Shown in pieces: positions 24,041-31,524 of a stretch of DNA of 32,000 bases; position 1 is the stretch's first letter, and every line of letters starts with the position of its first letter. Location: NCBI GenBank assembly GCA_002952755.1, contig CP025011.1:210001-242000 (forward strand), read 5' to 3'. Below the pieces are notes generated by a model. The model was not told the DNA's origin and searched no databases. It saw only the letters and a program-made list of their open reading frames with translations. This DNA comes from Candidatus Saccharimonadota bacterium (lineage in GTDB: Bacteria; Patescibacteriota; Saccharimonadia; Saccharimonadales; UBA4665). The translations under genes were made by a program, and so were the position numbers.

Positions 24041-24205
24041 ATGACGCTTTTTGGAAGATTACTTAGCTTTTGTATGAGCCTAGCTGTTTTATCGACACTT
24101 GTGGTTAAGAATCATACACTCCGGAACCTACTTTATATTCTTGTAATATGTATGGCTGTGCCCCTAATGGTAATAGCAATATCCGAAATGCGAAACAAGC
24201 GATAG
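24041..24205 (+). CDS. candidate 54-aa two-TM micro-protein (below the ORF-track cutoff)
   Basis: Translation from ATG 24041 gives MTLFGRLLSFCMSLAVLSTLVVKNHTLRNLLYILVICMAVPLMVIAISEMRNKR*. It has two hydrophobic helices and a basic C-terminus. It starts 20 nt after the stop of the secreted protein. Support is weak: it is short and has no clear RBS. Confidence 0.35.
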   Translation: MTLFGRLLSFCMSLAVLSTLVVKNHTLRNLLYILVICMAVPLMVIAISEMRNKR

Positions 24206-24254
24206 GGATTTTGACCCTCTAGCTTCGATATCGAATAGATCTACAGACGGCTTG

Positions 24255-24626
24255 CTACTTTTCGTGCAGTTTGAGCTTCACGAGTTCGGCAACTTGGCGT
24301 GGCGTCATGGCTGCCTTGAGAATGACGGCATCAACGCCCAAGGTGCGGACTTCCGGTGGAATCTCTTGTTCGCCCCGGTTGGTAAGGATAATCACTTTTA
24401 TGTTCTTGCCCCAAGCGGCTTTCCGAAGTTTGGCGAGCATTTCTTCACCGGTCATGATGGGCATCATCAGGTCGAGCAAAATAATATCGGGGCGCATTTC
24501 CTCAGCAAGCGCTAAGCCAAGTTTGCCATTTTCGGCCGTTTCGACGGTGTAGCCCTCGGCCTCAAATTTAATACGATACATTTGCGAGATGGCGGCGTCA
24601 TCTTCGACAATTGCAACTTTGCTCAT
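24255..24626 (-). CDS. stand-alone response-regulator receiver (CheY-like), no output domain
   Basis: It has VAIVEDD ... RPDIILLDLMMPIMTGEEM ... VIILTN ... KA and is 123 aa. A GAGGGGA Shine-Dalgarno sequence lies upstream. Confidence 0.85.
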   Translation of the reverse strand: MSKVAIVEDDAAISQMYRIKFEAEGYTVETAENGKLGLALAEEMRPDIILLDLMMPIMTGEEMLAKLRKAAWGKNIKVIILTNRGEQEIPPEVRTLGVDAVILKAAMTPRQVAELVKLKLHEK

Positions 24627-24685
24627 ATCCCCTCTTTCTGTTCGTAATAGTGTATCACTTTAGCTCACTGATAATTATTTTCTGT

Positions 24686-25072
24686 CTAGGCTGTGTTCAT
24701 GGCTAATACCTCTTGCACAATGGCGACGATCTGCGCCGGCGTATGATGCGCCTTGACGACATAGCGATCGACATGTAAAAAACGAAGCGCTGGCGGCGCT
24801 TCATCTTTACTGATGTTGGTGAGAATGATGACTCGAACGTCGCTGCCCCACCTTTTCGATCGTAGGTGGGCCAGCATTTCTGACCCTCCCATCACCGGCA
24901 TTAGTAAGTCCAGCAGGACGATATCCGGCCGGATGTTTTCGATGATGCGTAAACCCTCGATACCATTGCCGGCCGCGTAGGTTTCAAAACCTTCGCGCTC
25001 CAGTTTTAATTTATACAAAAACTGCAAGTCGTCATCATCTTCGACTACGACTGCTTTTATGGGTGATAGCAT
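24686..25072 (-). CDS. stand-alone response-regulator receiver (CheY-like), paralogue of the previous gene
   Basis: It has VVVEDDDD ... RPDIVLLDLLMPVMGGSEM ... VIILTN ... KA and is 128 aa. Confidence 0.85.
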   Translation of the reverse strand: MLSPIKAVVVEDDDDLQFLYKLKLEREGFETYAAGNGIEGLRIIENIRPDIVLLDLLMPVMGGSEMLAHLRSKRWGSDVRVIILTNISKDEAPPALRFLHVDRYVVKAHHTPAQIVAIVQEVLAMNTA

Positions 25073-25277
25073 AGAGTACTTTTGTAATACCCCGTTATAT
25101 TTTTAAATCCTAACTATCAGTAGTACCACACCGTGGCCGGAGGGAGCAAGGGAATTATTAACTTTTGAACCTTCTTTGCAACAGAAAATAATCTTTCCTA
25201 GGTGAAAATATTTATTCCCATGCCGTTAAGGCGCATATGGCTTGCACTGTTTCTAGCCCGGCTACGTGAGGAGGCTA

Positions 25278-25306
25278 TTGACTTATTAGCTACTCTATAC
25301 TAAAAT
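25278..25306 (+). promoter_or_regulatory. sigma70-type promoter of element E1 (upstream of the ABC operon)
   Basis: The sequence is TTGACT (25278-25283), a 17-nt spacer, then TAAAAT (25301-25306). It shares the 10-mer TTGACTTATT with the promoter at 27664. Confidence 0.55.
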
Positions 25307-25347
25307 AGCTTTATATTCCTGAAATGGAGTTGGAAATTAGAAGACAG

Positions 25348-25390
25348 CGGCACACTGAGCATACGCCCAGGTGTCGTTTTTTGCTTTTTT
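25348..25390 (+). terminator. intrinsic-terminator-like hairpin plus T-runs inside the ABC operon leader (E1)
   Basis: cggcac(a)ctg...cag-gtgtcg pairs (25348-25376, one G-U pair and one bulge), followed by ttttttgctttttt. It ends 14 nt before ATG 25405. Confidence 0.45.
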
Positions 25391-25404
25391 AGGTATCGCT
25401 TACT

Positions 25405-26886
25405 ATGACTACAAATAATAATTTATTACCTCCCGACGGTATACCATCAATTGAAAGCGTCCAGGCAGACTTAGACCGCCGCGATAGAGACCAAGATCGT
25501 CGGCATCTTTTGGGTGCTGTGGGCCTCGGCATCGTTGCGGTTGGCCTCGTTGCGGGCGATGTTCTCGCCCAGCGTTACGGCATCGATGGACGCCTCAGCC
25601 ATACGCTGCCGTTTTTGGCGAAGGCGCAAGAGGCTATTAATAATGTAGATGATACTCTCGTGCCTGTAGGAGAGTACGGCATTCCAGCTGCCATTGGATT
25701 CGTCGCATCTGTAAAAGCACTCGCTCCTTTTAAGGGCGCTGCCCGTTTCGCCGATGGCTTTTCCGCTCGTGAGCCTAGCGCTGATGGCTCAGAGCGCAAG
25801 CGTCGTTTTGGTGGCATTCGTCGGAGAGTAGGTATGGCGATGGCTGGTGCCTCACTCGCTACTTTTACGGCGGGCATTGCTACTGAAGTGGGGCGTGGCC
25901 CGGATCGTCCCATAGACGCATTTGATGCACTTGTTCCTGGCAATAGCGTAGTGGTGCAATACAAGGAAGCGATGCCTATGGTGCAGAGCAGCTTGAACGT
26001 GGCCCTTGCGCAACAGATAAGGAAAGACGCAGCAAAGAAAAGCATCCCTACACATGCCTTCGGATTAAACTTAGGCACATACGAGTACAAAGGGCATGCT
26101 TACACTGATTTATTCGCTGGTGTAGAGACGAATGAGACGTCGCCTGTGCACTGGAATGGGGCAAACTGTAACGATGTTCCGGTAATTCTTGATAGCGCTT
26201 CTGGGGTTCCTAGGGGCGCTAAGCTATCGGTAAACGGCATTTCTGTCCAAGTGGTGGGGACTACTGAGCGTACATCGTCTATGAATCGTGTAAGCGGCAT
26301 CATAGACGAAAAGGCGCTGACGACATGCCTTGAGCAAGACTCCAATAAACCCCCGTACGGCATGACCATGGAAACCGATCCCGATACTGCACAGCAGCTT
26401 GTGGATGAAGCGCACGCCGAAACTGGCTTAACAGCTCCGGCGGCAGTTATTACGAAAGACCAAGAGAAGCAAAATAGTGAGCTTTTCTGGGATGCAAATG
26501 TGAAGCCAATCACCAGCGTGCTGTCGTTCGCAGCTATTGGTCTTGCCGGGATGGCTATGGCCAGCGCCATGGGCAGCCGCTTGCTGCGTAACCGGCGTGA
26601 GCTGGGTGCCCGTTTGGCCGCAGGGGTCTCAGTGAATACATTACGTCTTGCGGAAATCGTACGAGCTACAAAAGACGGAGTGGTTGCCGGCGTAGGTGGC
26701 GCTATAGTGGGCATACCATTGGCGATTATCCCAAATGCCATCCAGCAAGGTTTTGATGCGGGTGCAGGCGTCAGGGAAGCTGCCGTAGGTATGGCCGTAG
26801 GCCTAGCAGGCTCGGTGGGCGGCGCTGCATTTAAGCTCAGGAGACTAAGAGAAGTTGCTAATCCTGAGGAAACAACGAGGATATAA
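25405..26886 (+). CDS. ABC transporter permease, FtsX/MacB type (one N-terminal TM, large extracytoplasmic domain, C-terminal 3-TM FtsX domain)
   Basis: TM1 is LLGAVGLGIVAVGLVAGDVLA. A soluble region of about 300 aa follows. The FtsX-like region reads RRELGARLAAGVSVNTLRLAEIVRATKDGVVAGVGGAIVGIPLA. Confidence 0.7.
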   Translation: MTTNNNLLPPDGIPSIESVQADLDRRDRDQDRRHLLGAVGLGIVAVGLVAGDVLAQRYGIDGRLSHTLPFLAKAQEAINNVDDTLVPVGEYGIPAAIGFVASVKALAPFKGAARFADGFSAREPSADGSERKRRFGGIRRRVGMAMAGASLATFTAGIATEVGRGPDRPIDAFDALVPGNSVVVQYKEAMPMVQSSLNVALAQQIRKDAAKKSIPTHAFGLNLGTYEYKGHAYTDLFAGVETNETSPVHWNGANCNDVPVILDSASGVPRGAKLSVNGISVQVVGTTERTSSMNRVSGIIDEKALTTCLEQDSNKPPYGMTMETDPDTAQQLVDEAHAETGLTAPAAVITKDQEKQNSELFWDANVKPITSVLSFAAIGLAGMAMASAMGSRLLRNRRELGARLAAGVSVNTLRLAEIVRATKDGVVAGVGGAIVGIPLAIIPNAIQQGFDAGAGVREAAVGMAVGLAGSVGGAAFKLRRLREVANPEETTRI

Positions 26887-27626
26887 TGAGTAACATTGTC
26901 TCGCAGCCTATAGCCGAACTCCGTAATGTGGAGGTGACCGATGGTGATCAGCCTATTCTCCGCGGCGTTTCACTGGGGGTTGAGCGTGGAGAGCGACTCG
27001 CGATTACGGGACCCAATGGTTCCGGTAAATCTACTATCTTAGGTGTAATGGACGGCATTATAACTGCAAGTGCCGGCGAAACGTATGTATTTGGGAATAA
27101 TATGGCCGAGTTGGACCAGAAACAGCGGGATGAGTTGGTACGCACACGAGTCGGTGTAGGCTTTCAGACCTCAAACCTTGATGAGGGGAGAACTGTCTAT
27201 GACAATCTGGTGAGTTTGCGAGATACGACCCGCTCCCTAAGCCGGACTGAACGCCGCCAGCAGAACGGGAGGCTGGCCAGCCTCGTCGTATCATTAGGGC
27301 TGCACGACAAGCTGGATCAAATCGCTCACACCCTGTCGGGTGGTGAAAAACAGCGCGTAGCGATCGGTAGATTGCTGCTGCCAGATCCGGAACTCATATT
27401 GCTGGACGAACCGACGGCGTCTCTGGACTCCGCCGGTACCTATGGCAAAACACATATATATGAAGTAATCGGCGACTTTGCTGCGCGATCGGACGCCACA
27501 GTAGTAGTGGTAAGCCATGATGCGGAAGCTCTGAGGTTTACCACCCGTGAACTGCAAGTTCGCGACGGTTCCATAGTGTACGATGCTCCTTCTATAGACC
27601 TGGCAGGATACGGGGCCAATCCGTAA
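26886..27626 (+). CDS. ABC transporter ATP-binding protein
   Basis: It has Walker A GPNGSGKST, Q-loop GFQT, signature LSGGEKQR, Walker B LLDEPTASLD and H-loop VSHD. The start overlaps the permease stop (TAATG). Confidence 0.9.
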   Translation: MSNIVSQPIAELRNVEVTDGDQPILRGVSLGVERGERLAITGPNGSGKSTILGVMDGIITASAGETYVFGNNMAELDQKQRDELVRTRVGVGFQTSNLDEGRTVYDNLVSLRDTTRSLSRTERRQQNGRLASLVVSLGLHDKLDQIAHTLSGGEKQRVAIGRLLLPDPELILLDEPTASLDSAGTYGKTHIYEVIGDFAARSDATVVVVSHDAEALRFTTRELQVRDGSIVYDAPSIDLAGYGANP

Positions 27627-27663
27627 CATGCATGTTATGTGACATTTATCACCAGTTTGCAAC

Positions 27664-27691
27664 TTGACTTATTGGAAAAAAGGTAGATAAT
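27664..27691 (+). promoter_or_regulatory. sigma70-type promoter of element E2 (downstream of the ABC operon)
   Basis: The sequence is TTGACT (27664-27669), a 16-nt spacer, then GATAAT (27686-27691). Confidence 0.5.
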
Positions 27692-27735
27692 AATATGCAG
27701 TAAGTCTGAACAGGGCTTGCAGCTTAGAAGACTAG

Positions 27736-27776
27736 ATAGGCACCATCTTTCAAGAAGAGAATGGTGTCTATTTTTA
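27736..27776 (+). terminator. strong intrinsic terminator (E2)
   Basis: ataggcaccat (27736-27746) pairs with atggtgtctat (27761-27771), giving 11 bp with one G-U pair and a 14-nt loop. The sequence tttttat follows. Confidence 0.7.
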
Positions 27777-27822
27777 TATCGGAGTTTTGACAATTAGTGC
27801 TCTTTAGAGAAAGCGTATTTGT

Positions 27823-29214
27823 ATGAGCCTTACAGCTGACAGACAGACAGGGCATACCCTTGGGGGCGACATATCGCCTTTGCTACCTTTCGGGGTACTC
27901 CCTAATGAAAGTACTATCCTTGCCGAGGATCAGGTAGATGATGTAGCGGGTCTTGAGCCCTTTCCGCTCAATACGATTACGGCCGAGATTCCTATCGACC
28001 CCGATACACTAAACATTCCCGAGGATTTGCGACCACGCAGTATCGTACGGGTAGAGATGAAAGATCCCCAGGTCGAGGCGCTAGACCCAGATGACGTTGC
28101 TGCCGTGAGCGAGTGGGTACATAGTTTATCCACATATGTGAGGAGGCGCAAGGATAAAGGTGTCTACACACGCTTGCCTGGTTCCGCAGGTGGTACTTAT
28201 CTCGACGCAAACGGCCAGCATATAAACGGCCGGGCTAAAAAATATTGGGGCGATCAGGAGACTCGCGAAAGAGTTATTGCGGATATCGGCCCTGGAGCTG
28301 AAGCCTGGCTTGGTACGCTGCCAACTGGTCGGGCGCTTGAGATCGTCGAAGATATTTCACACGTACATGAGGTGCAAGACGATAAAGGTCGACACCTAGG
28401 CACTATGGATGAGATTGGTCGTTTAGTGATTACTGCCGCACCGGCTGCTCGTGGTATTCGTGCGCGCTATACCGATGAGGCCTATACCTTTGTAAATTTG
28501 GCAGAAGGATATGGTGGCACACTAGAAGGTAAGCGTATCGCTAGCCATGGATCAGGTTCGGCGCCAGGCCCAATGAAAGGTGCCCAGGTTATCCGAAGAA
28601 AGAATCCTGATGCTAGGGACCCTCATCTTTGGCATTATGATATTAACCCGCGAGCTATAGATGCCACTAGGGAATTGGCGCGAGGGGATATGGCTTTCGA
28701 AGGCCCGATAACGCAACGAGTGATGAATCTTCTTAATCCGCTCAAGATGGCAGTGGAAGGGTTGAAGTTACGATTGACAGGTAAGCGTCCGCATATCAGT
28801 GAATCCGAAGGCTTTTGGGAGTACATTGACCGCGATTTGCTACAAGCCATATGGAGTTCCAAGGGTGTGAAGGTACCGGAAAAACCAGAGGTTCGTTTCC
28901 TAAAGAGAGTGTACCGCGATGCCAAAGATGCAATTATGTTCAGCCAGATGCTGCCTGATGGGCCAGATCCAGAGTTCCTCGATGCCATAGGCTGGGGACA
29001 TGTAGTGTTGCGTGATGTGCCGACGGTACTACGGGCTATAAAAGAGGCTGGCATTCCACTTAGCCAGGTTGACGTACGAATTGTGGGGGACGGCTTCTGC
29101 GCTCGGTATATCGTAGATAAGCGTAGTGCCCCAAGTCGCCGTGAACGAGTGATACAGCGTGTAAAGCGCACCCTGGCACTCGGTAGTCTTGCCACTGCTT
29201 CTCAGAATACCTAG
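27823..29214 (+). CDS. hypothetical 463-aa protein; weak Rossmann/methyltransferase-like motif pair
   Basis: This is a long ORF with protein-like composition. ASHGSGSAPGP ... LWHYDINPRAIDATRELA faintly resembles SAM-MTase motif I and post-I. This has not been verified. Confidence 0.55.
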   Translation: MSLTADRQTGHTLGGDISPLLPFGVLPNESTILAEDQVDDVAGLEPFPLNTITAEIPIDPDTLNIPEDLRPRSIVRVEMKDPQVEALDPDDVAAVSEWVHSLSTYVRRRKDKGVYTRLPGSAGGTYLDANGQHINGRAKKYWGDQETRERVIADIGPGAEAWLGTLPTGRALEIVEDISHVHEVQDDKGRHLGTMDEIGRLVITAAPAARGIRARYTDEAYTFVNLAEGYGGTLEGKRIASHGSGSAPGPMKGAQVIRRKNPDARDPHLWHYDINPRAIDATRELARGDMAFEGPITQRVMNLLNPLKMAVEGLKLRLTGKRPHISESEGFWEYIDRDLLQAIWSSKGVKVPEKPEVRFLKRVYRDAKDAIMFSQMLPDGPDPEFLDAIGWGHVVLRDVPTVLRAIKEAGIPLSQVDVRIVGDGFCARYIVDKRSAPSRRERVIQRVKRTLALGSLATASQNT

Positions 29215-29266
29215 CACAAACCAAGACCTCTACGCTACAATACCTCATGAAGCATAGGGGGTACGA

Positions 29267-31459
29267 ATGACGCTAAGAATCGCATTACTCGTCATCGTGG
29301 GGCTATTCAATATTGTCCTCGCACTTATGGTTTTGGCGCGCGATCATCGAAAGCTCGTGAATGCTGCTTTTTTCGTGCTAGCCCTTAGTTGTGCGGCCTG
29401 GGTGTTTGGTATAGTCGGTTTTCTGACGGTGAATACCACACAATCTGCACTAGATTGGGCAAAGTTTTATTACGCCGCCCCTGTCCTATTGGTCGCATCT
29501 TCTATTGTTGTTGCGGACTTATTTCCTATCGGCAATGTAATTCACAAAAAGAAGATGGCCTTTCTCATAATGGCCTTAATCAGTGTGACAGTACCCCTTT
29601 TATTCGTGCCCGATTTTGTGACTGCCGGTATAGCTTATCGGAGTTGGGGCAAGGAAATCTTACTTAATAAGCCAGACTATTTATTGTATTCAGCCTATAT
29701 CGTTTTTGGATTCTGCTGGATGCTGACAATACTCGCCGGCAAGATGAAGAAAGAGCGGGGCATAAGTCGCGTTCAGGCCCAAATATTTTTTTACGGAACC
29801 ATGGGATCTGCGCTTTTTGGCACACTCTTCAATCTATTTTTGCCCTGGTTCGGCAACTATCGCCTTATTTGGGTAGGGCCACTGGCTACTAGTATATATT
29901 TGTCCACGACCCTTTATAGCATCGTAAAGCATAAACTTTTCGATATTCGCCTTATTATCGCTCGCTCCATTGGCTATATTTTGTCGATAGTAGCGCTCGG
30001 CACCCTGTTCGGCGCCAGTGCTTTTGTTATTGTTACTTTGGTTCTAAATGGGCAGGTTGCTTCAGTCTCAGAGCGGGTAGTTTCGGCCTCTTTGGCTGTT
30101 GCGTTGGCGATAATCTTCCGTCCGGTAAAGCGCTTCTTTGATCGCATCACGAATAAACTTTTTTATAGGGATGCATATGACACTCAGGTACTTATAGACA
30201 GCCTTAATCACATTTTGGTGGCGACAATCGAACTTGATACTCTTTTGTACGACACCTCAAAACTTCTCCAGGACACGCTTAAAGCTCAATATTGTATCTT
30301 TGCGCTATTCCCATTAACTAAGCAGCGCAAACAGGTTATTGGCACGTCCAAACAATTCGAGGATAGTGAGCTACTAAGAATCGCCCGGCTTGTGCCACGA
30401 GTGGCTCAAACCAAGGTTATTCTTACGGATAGTCTGGATACTATTCAAGACAAGCGGCTCTATATGCTGTTACAGTCGAACGATATTGCTATGCTTGGCA
30501 GTATTGGCACTAATATTAAGCAGGCCCACGAGATTTTAGGATATGTATTCCTCGGTCCTAAGAAAAGCGGTAATCCATACAGTAGTCAGGATCAAAAAGT
30601 TTTGGACGTTGTTGTAAATGAGCTGGTCATTGCTATTCAGAACGCTTTGCGCTTTCAGGAAATTGAGCGGTTTAACCTCACTCTCCAACAAAAGATCGAC
30701 GACGCTACCCGTAAGCTGCGCCACACCAATGACCGTTTAAGGGTCCTTGATCAAACTAAAGACGACTTCATTAGCATGGCTAGCCATCAGCTGCGCACCC
30801 CACTCACATCGGTGAAGGGCTATGTAAGTATGGTGCTCGATGGGGATGCCGGCAAAATTACCAGCCTCCAGCGTAAGCTGCTCAACCAGTCGTTTATTAG
30901 CTCGCAGCGGATGGTGTACTTGATTTCTGACCTCCTCAATGTTTCAAGATTGCGTACGGGTAAGTTTATTATTGAGGCGGTACCAACTAACCTCGCTCGG
31001 GTAGTCCAAGAGGAAATTGAGCAGCTGGTCGAGGCGGCGAAAAGCCGCGACCTGGAACTTACCTACCATAAGCCAGAGCATTTCCCGACATACATGCTGG
31101 ACGAGACCAAGCTACGCCAGGTAATCATGAACTTCATCGACAACGCCATGTACTACACTCCCAGTGGTGGGCATATTTCTATCACCATTGCCGATAAGCC
31201 TAAAACCATAGAATTTACCGTAACCGATGACGGTATTGGTGTGCCTACTCACGAGCAGCACCATCTCTTCACAAAATTTTACCGTGCGCCGAATGCCAAA
31301 CGGGCTCGGCCGGATGGTACCGGCTTAGGCTTATTTATGGCAAAAAAGGTGATTATCGCCCAAGGCGGCGCGATTATTTTCAAGAGCAGGGAAGATCACG
31401 GCAGCACCTTTGGCTTCACGTTTGCCAAAGACAAGCTGCAGCTGATAGAAACGAAATAA
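29267..31459 (+). CDS. sensor histidine kinase (multi-TM N-terminal domain, GAF-like linker, HisKA, HATPase_c)
   Basis: The H-box is ISMASHQLRTPLTSVKGY, the N-box is MNFIDNAMYYTP, G1 is DDGIGV and G2 is GTGLGLFMAKK. The first ~290 aa contain about 7 hydrophobic segments. AGGGGG lies upstream of the ATG. Confidence 0.9.
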   Translation: MTLRIALLVIVGLFNIVLALMVLARDHRKLVNAAFFVLALSCAAWVFGIVGFLTVNTTQSALDWAKFYYAAPVLLVASSIVVADLFPIGNVIHKKKMAFLIMALISVTVPLLFVPDFVTAGIAYRSWGKEILLNKPDYLLYSAYIVFGFCWMLTILAGKMKKERGISRVQAQIFFYGTMGSALFGTLFNLFLPWFGNYRLIWVGPLATSIYLSTTLYSIVKHKLFDIRLIIARSIGYILSIVALGTLFGASAFVIVTLVLNGQVASVSERVVSASLAVALAIIFRPVKRFFDRITNKLFYRDAYDTQVLIDSLNHILVATIELDTLLYDTSKLLQDTLKAQYCIFALFPLTKQRKQVIGTSKQFEDSELLRIARLVPRVAQTKVILTDSLDTIQDKRLYMLLQSNDIAMLGSIGTNIKQAHEILGYVFLGPKKSGNPYSSQDQKVLDVVVNELVIAIQNALRFQEIERFNLTLQQKIDDATRKLRHTNDRLRVLDQTKDDFISMASHQLRTPLTSVKGYVSMVLDGDAGKITSLQRKLLNQSFISSQRMVYLISDLLNVSRLRTGKFIIEAVPTNLARVVQEEIEQLVEAAKSRDLELTYHKPEHFPTYMLDETKLRQVIMNFIDNAMYYTPSGGHISITIADKPKTIEFTVTDDGIGVPTHEQHHLFTKFYRAPNAKRARPDGTGLGLFMAKKVIIAQGGAIIFKSREDHGSTFGFTFAKDKLQLIETK

Positions 31460-31524
31460 GGGCTTCTTAAACTTGCAGGAAGTTTATTGCTTTTTAATAG
31501 TTTCTGTGCTAGGATATAACCATT

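Noticed and set aside
25324-25392. 22-codon ORF (MELEIRRQRHTEHTPRCRFLLF*) spanning the E1 leader and terminator, as a possible leader peptide
   Set aside because: The paralogous element E2 has no equivalent ATG or reading frame, so the conserved feature is the RNA and not a peptide.
25575-26741. Minus-strand ORFs of 171 and 213 aa inside the FtsX-type permease gene
   Set aside because: They are antisense to a frame with clear TM/FtsX features that is translationally coupled to the ABC ATPase. Their composition (Ala/Ser/Pro/Arg) is typical of shadow ORFs.
28635-29195. 186-aa minus-strand ORF inside the 463-aa gene
   Set aside because: It is Arg/Ser-rich and low-complexity, and it lies entirely within a longer plus-strand ORF. 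It has no promoter or RBS.
9806-29231. Recurrence of the 8-mer aagacctc (9806, 17445, ~18144 as aagacctt, 29223) as a possible dispersed repeat
   Set aside because: Only the copies at 17445 and 18144 sit in extended homologous units, which are reported separately. An 8-mer is too short for the other two occurrences to be meaningful without a genome-wide count.
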